A DNA stretch of 32,000 nucleotides from Pseudomonas aeruginosa. Its GTDB lineage: Bacteria; Pseudomonadota; Gammaproteobacteria; Pseudomonadales; Pseudomonadaceae. Positions 1-7,879 of the stretch are shown here, one piece after another. The position numbers and the translations under genes were made by a program. The DNA is taken from NCBI RefSeq assembly GCF_001457615.1, contig NZ_LN831024.1, positions 6,180,001 to 6,212,000 of the forward strand. The letters are read 5' to 3'. Each line of letters opens with the position of its first letter. Position 1 is the stretch's first letter. The notes beneath the pieces were generated by a model, which had not been told where the DNA came from, ran no database searches, and saw only the letters and a program-made list of their open reading frames with translations.

Positions 1-1677
1 GGCCAGCCCGCCCTCCTCCTGGCGCGCCCGCTGGGCCGCCTCGTGCAGCCGCTCGCGGAACAACCGGCGGTTGGCCAGGCCGGTCAGTTCGTCGTAGTGC
101 AGCAGGTGACGCAGGCGCTCCTCGACGTCGCGGCGGGCACTGAGATCGGTGAAGAAACCGACGATGTGGGTCGCCTCGCCATTGCCGTCGCGCAGCAGGT
201 TGAGCTGCAGCCATTGGGGATAGGGATCGCCATTCTTCCGCGTATCCACCAGTTCGCCCTGCCACTGCCCGTGCTGGCGCAGCTCGGCGCGGATCTGCCG
301 GTAGTGGCGCTGGGCCTCGGGGGTATTCACCAGCAGGCTGGCGTTGCGCCCGACCACGTCCTCGCGGCGATAGCCGGTGATGCGACTGAAGGCCTGGTTG
401 ACCGCCAGCAGGTTGTAGGCCGGATCGAGGATCACGATGCTCTCGCTGGCCGCCTCGAACACTGTCGCGGCCAGTTGCTGCTGCTCTTCCAGGCGCTTGC
501 GCGCGCTGATGTCGCTGCGCGTGCCGAGCATCCGCGTCACCCGTCCCCGCGGGTCGCGAGCCATGGCCCGGCCACGATCCTCCAGCCAGCGCCAGCCGCC
601 CTCCCGGTCGCGCACGCGGTACTCCACCCGGTACAGCTCGCTGCGCCCCTTGAGATGTTCGGCGAGGGCGCGACGGATGCGCGGCAGGTCGCCGGGGTGG
701 ATGCTTTCGATCAGCCTGCGATAGTCCTCGGGACCGCCCCCGGCGTCGCTGAAGACCGCCTCGAGATAGGAATGCTGGACCCGGCCGCTCTCCAGGTCCC
801 AGTCCCACAACCCCAGTTCGCTGGCCTCCAGGGCCATGGCCAGGCGCGCCTCGCTCTGGCTGAGCGCCTGGCTGGTCGCGCCAAGCTCCTCGGTGCGCGC
901 CTCCACCCGGCGCTGCAAGGCGTCGCGGGCGGCGCGCAGCTCGCGTTCGACCAGGCGCCGCTGGCCGACCTCCTGGGCGAGCTTGCGATTGAGCGCTTCG
1001 GCCTCCGCATTGACGCGTTCCAGGTGCAGGTTCAGCGCCTGGGTCTGGAAGCGTCGCAGCAGCGCGCCCTGCACCAGCCGGTGGATCTGCCCGGCGACCA
1101 CCAGCAGCGCCACCAGCAGGATCAGGCCGAGCACGCCCCAGCCCTGCAACAGGCTATGCGGCTGCAACAGCAGGAAAACGATGGATGGCAGCAGGCCCGG
1201 CAAGGCGAAGGTGAGGAAGGCCGGCAGGCTCACCGCATAGGCGACGCTGGCGGAGAGGATCGCCGCCGCCACCAGGCCGAACACCAGCACCTGCTGGAGG
1301 AAGGCATCGGCCGGGACCAGCATGATCACCGCGAACGCCAGGGTCAGGCCCGAGGCGCCGGCGCCGCACAGGAAGGTCCGCCGCCAGTGGCGGCTGGCCT
1401 GGCGACGGCTGTCGGCCTGCTGGAAGGCGGCGACCTGCAGCAGGCGCAGGACGGCGAGCAACACCAGCCAGACCAGCCAGCCGCCGAGCAGCCAGCTGCT
1501 GACCTTGCCCCACACCAGGCAGGCGCTGGTCACGCCGCCGAGCAGCATGAGCAGGGTCGGCGTGCGCGAGCCGAGATAAAGGAGCCGGGTACGCTCGATG
1601 GCGATTTCGCGGGCGTAGAGCCGCAGTACATCGGTGCTGCCGCCCGGCAGCGCCAAGGGCTCGACATGGACGGTCAT
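1..1677 (-). CDS. Membrane-anchored PAS-PAS-GGDEF signalling protein, N-terminal 559 codons (3' part lies beyond the left edge)
   Basis: Absent from the ORF track because no stop lies in the window. Manual translation of the reverse strand from ATG at 1677..1675 stays open to position 1 (1677 = 559 x 3). It gives MTVHVEPLALPGG..., then several hydrophobic helices and a coiled-coil segment. Two PAS-like blocks follow (LGLWDWDLESGRV...YRVRDREGGWRWLEDRG and ESIVILDPAYNLLAVNQAFSRITGYRREDVVGRN...GELVDTRKNGDPYP). At the edge comes HYDELTGLANRRLFRERL, the typical start of a GGDEF domain. The 550-aa plus-strand ORF 43..1695 is its antisense shadow. Confidence 0.85.
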   Translation of the reverse strand, partial: MTVHVEPLALPGGSTDVLRLYAREIAIERTRLLYLGSRTPTLLMLLGGVTSACLVWGKVSSWLLGGWLVWLVLLAVLRLLQVAAFQQADSRRQASRHWRRTFLCGAGASGLTLAFAVIMLVPADAFLQQVLVFGLVAAAILSASVAYAVSLPAFLTFALPGLLPSIVFLLLQPHSLLQGWGVLGLILLVALLVVAGQIHRLVQGALLRRFQTQALNLHLERVNAEAEALNRKLAQEVGQRRLVERELRAARDALQRRVEARTEELGATSQALSQSEARLAMALEASELGLWDWDLESGRVQHSYLEAVFSDAGGGPEDYRRLIESIHPGDLPRIRRALAEHLKGRSELYRVEYRVRDREGGWRWLEDRGRAMARDPRGRVTRMLGTRSDISARKRLEEQQQLAATVFEAASESIVILDPAYNLLAVNQAFSRITGYRREDVVGRNASLLVNTPEAQRHYRQIRAELRQHGQWQGELVDTRKNGDPYPQWLQLNLLRDGNGEATHIVGFFTDLSARRDVEERLRHLLHYDELTGLANRRLFRERLHEAAQRARQEEGGLA

Positions 1678-1817
1678 AGGCGCTTGTTCTTGTAGTGGTT
1701 TGCCTTGAAGTGGCCGGAGCATAACCGAGCAGGGGCAGGCTGCCCAAGGCCGGGATAGAGCATTTTTCCGCAGCCAGGCCCGACGCTGCGCCGGCCTGCG
1801 CCGAATGGCGGCCCGGT

Positions 1818-1847
1818 TTGCCCGGCTTTTCCCCGCCCCGGTAGAAT
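1818..1847 (+). promoter_or_regulatory. Putative sigma70 promoter of uvrD (TTGCCC-N18-TAGAAT)
   Basis: TTGCCC at 1818-1823, an 18-nt spacer, then TAGAAT at 1842-1847. The -10 element ends only 6 nt before the uvrD ATG (1854) and no Shine-Dalgarno lies between them. Confidence 0.3.
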
Positions 1848-1853
1848 GCCGCG

Positions 1854-4040
1854 ATGAACGACGACCTCTCCCTCCTGCTGAACTCCCTCAACGACCCGCA
1901 GCGCCAGGCCGTGGCCGCGCCGCTGGGCCGCCAACTGGTCCTCGCCGGCGCCGGCTCGGGCAAGACCCGCGTGCTGGTGCACCGGATCGCCTGGCTGATC
2001 CAGGTCGAGCACGCCTCGCCCTACAGCATCCTGTCGGTGACCTTCACCAACAAGGCGGCGGCGGAGATGCGCCACCGCATCGAGCAGTTGCTCGGGATCA
2101 ATCCGGCGGGCATGTGGGTCGGCACCTTCCACGGCCTCGCCCATCGCCTGCTGCGCGCGCACTGGCGCGAGGCCGGGCTGAGCGAGAACTTCCAGATCCT
2201 CGACAGCGACGACCAGCAACGCCTGGTCAAGCGGGTGATCCGCGAACTCGGCCTCGACGAGCAGCGCTGGCCGGCGCGCCAGGCCCAGTGGTTCATCAAC
2301 GGGCAGAAGGACGAGGGCCTGCGGCCGCAACACATCCAGCCCGGCGGCGACCTGTTCCTCGCCACCATGCTGAAGATCTACGAAGCCTACGAGGCGGCCT
2401 GCGCCCGCGCCGGGGTGATCGACTTCTCCGAGCTGCTGCTGCGCGCCCTGGACCTCTGGCGCGACCATCCCGGCGTGCTCGAGCACTACCAGCGGCGCTT
2501 CCGCCATATCCTGGTGGACGAGTTCCAGGACACCAACGCCGTGCAGTACGCCTGGCTACGGATTCTCGCCAAGGGCGGCGACAGCCTGATGGTGGTCGGC
2601 GACGACGACCAGTCGATCTACGGCTGGCGTGGCGCACGGATCGAGAACATCCAGCAGTTCAGCGACGACTTCGCCGACGCCGAGGTGATCCGCCTGGAGC
2701 AGAACTACCGTTCCACCGCGTCGATCCTCAAGGCCGCCAACGCCCTGATCGCCAACAATCAGGGACGCCTGGGCAAGGAGTTGTGGACCGACGGCGAGGA
2801 CGGCGAGTCGCTGAGCCTGTACGCCGCGTTCAACGAGCACGACGAGGCGCGCTACGTGGTCGAGTCGATCGAGAGCGCGCTCAAGGGCGGCCTGGCGCGC
2901 AGCGAGATCGCCATCCTCTACCGCTCCAACGCCCAGTCGCGGGTGCTGGAGGAAGCCCTGCTGCGGGAGAAGATTCCCTACCGCATCTACGGCGGCCAGC
3001 GCTTCTTCGAGCGTGCCGAGATCAAGAACGCCATGGCCTACCTGCGCCTGCTCGACGGCCGCGGCAACGACGCGGCGCTGGAACGGGTGGTCAACGTGCC
3101 GGCACGCGGCATCGGCGAGAAGACCGTGGAGAGCATCCGCGAATTCGCCCGCGGCAACGATGTGTCGATGTGGGAGGCGATCCGCCTGATGATCGCCAAC
3201 AAGGTCCTGCCCGGCCGCGCCGCCAGCGCCCTGACCGGCTTCGTCGAGCTGATCGAGAATCTTTCGGCGAAGGTCATGGACATGCCGCTGCACCTGATGA
3301 CCCAGACGGTGATCGAGCAGTCCGGACTGATCAGCTACCACAAGGAAGAAAAAGGCGAGAAAGGCCAGGCCCGGGTGGAGAACCTCGAGGAACTGGTCAG
3401 CGCCGCCCGCGCCTTCGAGAACAGCGAGGAAGAGGAAGACCTCACCCCGCTGCAGGCCTTCCTCAGCCACGCCTCCCTGGAGGCCGGGGAAACCCAGGCC
3501 GACGCCCACGAGGACAGTGTCCAGCTGATGACCCTGCACAGCGCCAAGGGCCTGGAGTTCCCGCTGGTGTTCCTGGTCGGCATGGAGGAAGGGCTGTTCC
3601 CGCACAAGATGAGCCTGGAGGAATCCGGCCGCCTGGAAGAGGAACGCCGCCTGGCCTACGTCGGCGTCACCCGCGCCATGCAGCGACTGGTCCTGACCTA
3701 CGCGGAGACCCGCCGGCTCTACGGTAGCGAGACCTACAACAAGGTTTCGCGCTTCATCCGCGAGATCCCGCCGGCGCTGATCCAGGAAGTGCGCCTGTCC
3801 AATACCGTCAGCCGCCCCTACGGCGGCACTTCGCGCAACGCCGGCGGCAGCCTGTTCAGCGGCGCCGGGGTGCCGGAGACGCCCTTCTCCCTCGGCCAGC
3901 GGGTTCGCCACGCGCTGTTCGGCGAAGGGACTATCCTCAACTTCGAAGGCGCCGGCGCCCAGGCCCGGGTGCAGGTGAACTTCGAGAGCGAAGGCAGCAA
4001 GTGGCTGATGCTCGGCTACGCCAAGCTGGAAGCCCTGTAG
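1854..4040 (+). CDS. uvrD: DNA helicase II UvrD (SF1 3'-5' helicase)
   Basis: 728-aa ORF. The N-terminus LNSLNDPQRQAVAAPLGRQLVLAGAGSGKTRVLVHRIAWL (Walker A) is near-collinear with E. coli UvrD. Further helicase motifs are present: TFTNKAAAEMRHRI, VDEFQDTN, VGDDDQSIYGWRGA, LEQNYRS, MTLHSAKGLEFP, RRLAYVGVTRA. Confidence 0.97.
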   Translation: MNDDLSLLLNSLNDPQRQAVAAPLGRQLVLAGAGSGKTRVLVHRIAWLIQVEHASPYSILSVTFTNKAAAEMRHRIEQLLGINPAGMWVGTFHGLAHRLLRAHWREAGLSENFQILDSDDQQRLVKRVIRELGLDEQRWPARQAQWFINGQKDEGLRPQHIQPGGDLFLATMLKIYEAYEAACARAGVIDFSELLLRALDLWRDHPGVLEHYQRRFRHILVDEFQDTNAVQYAWLRILAKGGDSLMVVGDDDQSIYGWRGARIENIQQFSDDFADAEVIRLEQNYRSTASILKAANALIANNQGRLGKELWTDGEDGESLSLYAAFNEHDEARYVVESIESALKGGLARSEIAILYRSNAQSRVLEEALLREKIPYRIYGGQRFFERAEIKNAMAYLRLLDGRGNDAALERVVNVPARGIGEKTVESIREFARGNDVSMWEAIRLMIANKVLPGRAASALTGFVELIENLSAKVMDMPLHLMTQTVIEQSGLISYHKEEKGEKGQARVENLEELVSAARAFENSEEEEDLTPLQAFLSHASLEAGETQADAHEDSVQLMTLHSAKGLEFPLVFLVGMEEGLFPHKMSLEESGRLEEERRLAYVGVTRAMQRLVLTYAETRRLYGSETYNKVSRFIREIPPALIQEVRLSNTVSRPYGGTSRNAGGSLFSGAGVPETPFSLGQRVRHALFGEGTILNFEGAGAQARVQVNFESEGSKWLMLGYAKLEAL

Positions 4041-4077
4041 CGGCGCAGCCCGTGGAGAAGGCCCGGAGGAGGACGAC

Positions 4078-4506
4078 ATGCTGGCATCCTGGGCCTTCTG
4101 GGCACTGCTTTCGGCGCTGTTCGCCGCTCTGACCGCGATCTTCGCCAAGATCGGCCTCGACCGGGTCGATTCGGACTTCGCCACCTTCATCCGCACCCTG
4201 GTGATCCTCGTCACCCTCGGCGGCATCCTCGCGGTCCTGGGCAAGTTCCAGGCCCCGGGCAGCATCCCGCCGCGCAGCTGGCTGTTCCTGGTGCTCTCCG
4301 GGCTGGCCACCGGTGCCTCCTGGATCTGCTATTTCCGCGCCCTCAAGCTCGGCCCGGCGTCGCTGGTGGCGCCGCTGGACAAGTTCAGCGTGGTGCTGGT
4401 GGCACTGCTCGGCGTGGCCTTCCTCGGCGAACGCCTGGACCTGCGCCAATGGCTCGGCGTAGCCCTGGTGACAGCGGGCGTGGTGGTCCTGGCAATCCGC
4501 CCATAA
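4078..4506 (+). CDS. Small (142 aa, about 4 TM) EamA-like / DMT-superfamily membrane protein
   Basis: Strong SD GGAGGAGGA lies 4 nt upstream of the ATG. The protein is entirely hydrophobic-helical, with an EamA half-transporter-like pattern (SALFAALTAIFAKIGL..., ...VAPLDKFSVVLVALLGVAFLGERL...). GC3-rich codon usage. Confidence 0.8.
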   Translation: MLASWAFWALLSALFAALTAIFAKIGLDRVDSDFATFIRTLVILVTLGGILAVLGKFQAPGSIPPRSWLFLVLSGLATGASWICYFRALKLGPASLVAPLDKFSVVLVALLGVAFLGERLDLRQWLGVALVTAGVVVLAIRP

Positions 4507-4603
4507 GCCCGCTGAATGGCGCTTCGACCTTGGTATAAAGGCGAAAAATCGCGGAAACCCTAGACTGGCGGCCTCTAATAATTCGTCGTCTGAGGTTCGT
4601 TCC

Positions 4604-6097
4604 ATGTACCGTGATCGCGTGCGCCTGCCCTCCCTGCTCGACAAGGTGATGAGTGCGGCCGAAGCCGCCGACCTGATCCAGGACGGCATGACCGTCGGCA
4701 TGAGCGGTTTCACCCGCGCCGGCGAGGCCAAGGCCGTACCCCAGGCGCTGGCCATGCGCGCCAAGGAACGTCCGCTGCGTATCAGCCTGATGACCGGCGC
4801 CAGCCTCGGCAACGACCTCGACAAGCAGCTCACCGAGGCCGGCGTGCTCGCCCGGCGCATGCCGTTCCAGGTCGACAGCACCCTGCGCAAGGCGATCAAC
4901 GCCGGCGAAGTGATGTTCATCGACCAGCACCTCTCGGAAACCGTCGAGCAGTTGCGCAACCACCAGCTGAAGCTGCCGGACATCGCCGTCATCGAAGCCG
5001 CCGCGATCACCGAGCAGGGTCACATCGTGCCGACCACCTCGGTGGGCAACTCGGCGAGCTTCGCGATCTTCGCCAAGCAGGTCATCGTCGAGATCAACCT
5101 GGCCCACAGCACCAACCTGGAAGGCCTGCACGACATCTATATCCCGACCTACCGGCCGACCCGCACGCCGATCCCGCTGACCCGCGTCGACGACCGCATC
5201 GGCAGCACGGCGATCCCGATCCCGCCGGAGAAGATCGTCGCCATCGTCATCAACGACCAGCCGGACTCGCCATCCACCGTGCTGCCGCCGGACGGCGAGA
5301 CCCAGGCCATCGCCAACCACCTGATCGATTTCTTCAAGCGCGAGGTCGACGCCGGGCGCATGAGCAACAGCCTCGGCCCGCTGCAGGCCGGTATCGGCAG
5401 CATCGCCAACGCGGTGATGTGCGGCCTGATCGAGTCGCCGTTCGAGAACCTGACCATGTACTCCGAAGTGCTGCAGGACTCGACCTTCGACCTGATCGAC
5501 GCCGGCAAGCTGCGCTTCGCCTCGGGCAGCTCGATCACCCTGTCGCCGCGGCGCAACGCCGACGTGTTCGGTAACCTGGAGCGCTACAAGGACAAGCTGG
5601 TGCTGCGCCCGCAGGAAATCTCCAACCACCCCGAGGTGGTCCGTCGCCTGGGCATCATCGGCATCAATACGGCGCTGGAGTTCGACATCTACGGCAACGT
5701 CAACTCGACCCACGTCGGCGGCACCAAGATGATGAACGGCATCGGCGGCTCCGGCGACTTCGCCCGCAACGCGCACCTGGCGATCTTCGTCACCAAGTCG
5801 ATCGCCAAGGGCGGCAACATTTCCAGCGTGGTGCCGATGGTCAGCCACGTCGACCACACCGAGCACGACGTCGACATCCTCGTCACCGAGCAGGGCCTCG
5901 CCGACCTGCGCGGCCTGGCGCCTCGCGAACGGGCCCGGGTGATCATCGAGAACTGTGTCCACCCGTCCTACCAGGCACCGCTGCTGGACTACTTCGAGGC
6001 GGCTTGCGCGAAAGGCGGCCACACGCCGCATCTGTTGCGCGAGGCGCTGGCCTGGCACCTGAACCTGGAAGAACGTGGACACATGCTGGCCGGCTGA
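4604..6097 (+). CDS. Acetyl-CoA hydrolase/transferase family protein (succinyl-CoA:acetate CoA-transferase-like)
   Basis: 497-aa ORF with GAGG SD. The N-terminus ...SAAEAADLIQDGMTVGMSGFTRAGEAKAVPQAL and later GIGSIANAV, SEVLQDS and NGIGGSGDFARNA blocks are characteristic of the Ach1/AarC/Cat1 CoA-transferase family. Confidence 0.9.
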   Translation: MYRDRVRLPSLLDKVMSAAEAADLIQDGMTVGMSGFTRAGEAKAVPQALAMRAKERPLRISLMTGASLGNDLDKQLTEAGVLARRMPFQVDSTLRKAINAGEVMFIDQHLSETVEQLRNHQLKLPDIAVIEAAAITEQGHIVPTTSVGNSASFAIFAKQVIVEINLAHSTNLEGLHDIYIPTYRPTRTPIPLTRVDDRIGSTAIPIPPEKIVAIVINDQPDSPSTVLPPDGETQAIANHLIDFFKREVDAGRMSNSLGPLQAGIGSIANAVMCGLIESPFENLTMYSEVLQDSTFDLIDAGKLRFASGSSITLSPRRNADVFGNLERYKDKLVLRPQEISNHPEVVRRLGIIGINTALEFDIYGNVNSTHVGGTKMMNGIGGSGDFARNAHLAIFVTKSIAKGGNISSVVPMVSHVDHTEHDVDILVTEQGLADLRGLAPRERARVIIENCVHPSYQAPLLDYFEAACAKGGHTPHLLREALAWHLNLEERGHMLAG

Positions 6098-6129
6098 GGC
6101 TGAACCGTTTCATCCGCAACTATTTCCAG

Positions 6130-6156
6130 CGCCCGGACGATTAATTCTTCCGGGCG
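6130..6156 (+). terminator. Hairpin downstream of the CoA-transferase gene (possible terminator)
   Basis: CGCCCGGA (6130-6137) pairs with TCCGGGCG (6149-6156) around an 11-nt AT-rich loop, 33 nt after the stop codon. It is followed by TCT only, so there is no clear U-tract. Confidence 0.35.
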
Positions 6157-6266
6157 TCTGGACAGGGCAGAAAAAACCACGTAAAAACATATTTCGGCGG
6201 CCTTTTCTCTTGCCGCCATCGCAACACGCCCACCCGGCCCTTTCGCTTTTCCTGCTGTAACACTTC

Positions 6267-6328
6267 GTTGTTTCTTTCGGTAACGCACCATGACGGTGCA
6301 GAGCGGTACAGTTACGCACCGAAACAAC
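6267..6328 (+). promoter_or_regulatory. Nested stem-loop in the long low-GC region upstream of DUF1127 paralog 1
   Basis: Outer arms GTTGTTT(cttt)CGGT (6267-6281) and ACCGAAACAAC (6318-6328) are complementary apart from a 4-nt bulge. Inner hairpin: GCACC (6285-6289) - atgac - GGTGC (6295-6299). Function unknown. Confidence 0.3.
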
Positions 6329-6474
6329 CCATACAGTTCGGAAACACACCCCGGTGATCCAACGCAATTCTCCGCAACTGTTCCTATTCTTGTTGACCTG
6401 TTAGTCAGATCATATTGCTCAGTTAATCACTAGCAACCTGACTACCCACCACAAGTGGGAAGGATCGACACATC

Positions 6475-6678
6475 ATGGAACGTACCCTCGGTTCCAACAC
6501 TTTCGACATCGCTCGCTCCAACCGCCGCAGCAGCAGCCTGCTGGGCACCATGAAACTGTGGCAGCGCCGCATCCAGAGCCGTCGCCAGCTGGCCCGCCTG
6601 GACTCCCGCCTGCTCGCCGACGCCGGCATCAGCGAAGCCCAGCGCTACGCCGAGCTGAACAAGCCGTTCTGGCGCTAA
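6475..6678 (+). CDS. DUF1127-family small arginine-rich protein (paralog 1, 67 aa)
   Basis: The C-terminal half WQRRIQSRRQLARLDSRLLADAGISEAQRYAELNKPFWR fits the DUF1127 pattern (W..R...R..L..L.d..L.D.GI). SD-like GGGAAGGA lies 10 nt upstream. Codon choice (CGT, GGT, GCT, ACT, TCC) resembles highly expressed Pseudomonas genes. Confidence 0.8.
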   Translation: MERTLGSNTFDIARSNRRSSSLLGTMKLWQRRIQSRRQLARLDSRLLADAGISEAQRYAELNKPFWR

Positions 6679-6723
6679 GCGATACTGTAACGTCCCGGTT
6701 CGGCCCAGCCTGAACTGTACCGT

Positions 6724-6747
6724 AGGCCGCTCCTTACCGAGCGGCCT
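6724..6747. terminator. Hairpin between convergent DUF1127 gene and wbpZ (candidate bidirectional terminator)
   Basis: AGGCCGCTC (6724-6732) pairs with GAGCGGCCT (6739-6747) around a 6-nt loop. The loop contains the wbpZ stop codon (TAA, 6736..6734). No U-tract on either strand. Confidence 0.35.
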
Positions 6748-7879
6748 TCACGTATCTGGAAGAAGCCTTTTCCTCCAGCAGTTCACGGTACAGCTCGCTC
6801 CAGCGACGCCCCATCTCTTCGGCGGTGAACAGTTGCCGATAGCGGGCCTCCGCGTTCCTGCCCATTTCCTCCGCCTGCTGCGGATGCTCCCAGAGCCAGC
6901 GCATCGCTTGGCGAAACGCGGCCGGCTGGCTGGGCGGCACGACCAGGCCGGTCTCGCCATGGATATTGATGTAGCTGGTGCCGGTGCCGATCTCGCTGGA
7001 GATCATCGGCTTGCCGTACATCGCGCCCTCCAGCAGGGAGATACCGAACGCCTCGGAACGCAAGTGTGACGGAAAGACCATGGCGTAGCTGAGTTGCAGC
7101 AGGGCGACCTTGTCCTCGTCGTCCACCCGCCCGAGGAAGTGCACGTTGCGCAACCCCAGCGCCGCGGCCTGGACATACAGCTCGGCCTGCAACGGCCCGG
7201 CACCGACGATCACCACCGGGTAATCGGTGCCCTGCAACGCATCCAGCAGGATATGCAGGCCCTTGTAGTAGCGCATCACCCCGACGAACAGGAAGAACCG
7301 CGGCCCGAGTTTCTCTCGCCAGTGCTCCAGACGCTGTGCCGCAGGCTTCGGGTAGCAGGCCTTGTCCAGGCCGTAGGTGATCACCCGGGTCTTTTCCCGG
7401 TACTGGCGGAGCACGTCGCTGGTGCTGAAGTAGTTGGGCGACGCCACCGCGATCCGATCGACGCTATGAAGGAAGCGCCCCATCAGCGGCCGGTACAGTT
7501 TCAACAGGACGCGCTGGCGGATGATGTCCGAATGGTAGGTGACCACGCTCGGCTTGTTCATACCGGTGAGGAAATGCACCAGGTCCATGAACGGCCAGGG
7601 GAAGTGGTAGTTGACCACGTCCGCCTCCGCCGCCAGCTCGCGGAACTGCTTGAACACGCTCAGGGAAAACCCGGTGGAAGCGAGCTGCAGGTCGAGCCTG
7701 GCGCGATGCACCACATGTCCGCCGAAGGGCACGACAGGCGGATGCGGGTCGCTGCTCAGGGTCAGGACGTGGTTGTCGATCCCCCACGACCCGCTGCTCT
7801 CGCAAAGCTGGAAGATCACCTGTTCGATCCCGCCTACCGTTTCGCTCAGGTAGGTCTTGTAGAAGTGCAGTACCCGCAT
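6734..7879 (-). CDS. wbpZ: CPA (D-rhamnan) glycosyltransferase WbpZ, GT4 family
   Basis: 381-aa ORF starting MRVLHFYKTYLSETVGGIEQV..., with a C-terminal GT4 EX7E-type block (PSHLRSEAFGISLLEGAMYGKPMISSEIGTG). It is the last gene of the rmd-wbpZ operon, in the position I recall for P. aeruginosa. Confidence 0.92.
   Translation of the reverse strand: MRVLHFYKTYLSETVGGIEQVIFQLCESSGSWGIDNHVLTLSSDPHPPVVPFGGHVVHRARLDLQLASTGFSLSVFKQFRELAAEADVVNYHFPWPFMDLVHFLTGMNKPSVVTYHSDIIRQRVLLKLYRPLMGRFLHSVDRIAVASPNYFSTSDVLRQYREKTRVITYGLDKACYPKPAAQRLEHWREKLGPRFFLFVGVMRYYKGLHILLDALQGTDYPVVIVGAGPLQAELYVQAAALGLRNVHFLGRVDDEDKVALLQLSYAMVFPSHLRSEAFGISLLEGAMYGKPMISSEIGTGTSYINIHGETGLVVPPSQPAAFRQAMRWLWEHPQQAEEMGRNAEARYRQLFTAEEMGRRWSELYRELLEEKASSRYVKAAR

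Noticed and set aside
43-1695. 550-aa plus-strand ORF (MQPLAEQPAVGQAG...)
   Set aside because: It is the antisense shadow of the real minus-strand PAS/GGDEF gene (1..1677). Its composition is A/G/Q/L/R-rich and low in complexity, with no recognisable motifs, whereas the opposite strand gives clean PAS and GGDEF motifs.
2556-4310. 584-aa minus-strand ORF opposite uvrD. Similar long shadows occur at 4385..6082 (-), 12546..14999 (+), 16153..17658 (-), 17670..19145 (-), 20976..22004 (-), 23166..25406 (-), 25518..26963 (-) and 27521..28825 (-).
   Set aside because: Each lies antisense to a gene with strong family motifs. Their sequences are repetitive A/G/L/V/D/Q/R-rich strings typical of stop-free antisense frames in about 66% GC DNA.
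6284-6300. NtrC-like palindrome CGCACCAtgaCGGTGCA upstream of DUF1127 paralog 1
   Set aside because: It is close to the TGCACCA-N3-TGGTGCA enhancer consensus I recall. However, I could find no -24/-12 sigma54 promoter between it and the ATG at 6475. It also forms the inner hairpin of a larger RNA-type structure, so I report it only as part of that structure.
6378-6384. CTGTTCC 7-mer as a stand-alone intergenic motif (also at 21967 and 22795)
   Set aside because: The same 7-mer is frequent inside genes as Leu-Phe-Leu/Pro codons (for example near 2352, 3594, 4281, 16361, 28895 and 29221), so its intergenic occurrences are not significant. Only the longer 9-mer with its repeat architecture is reported.
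6304-6722. 10-nt inverted repeat CGGTACAGTT (6304-6313) / AACTGTACCG (6713-6722) flanking DUF1127 paralog 1, considered as possible MITE-like or mobile-element ends
   Set aside because: A single 10-nt match at this distance is within chance expectation for all pairs in a 32-kb window. There are no target-site duplications and no transposase. The ACAGTT core is better explained by the regulatory repeat family reported in the findings.
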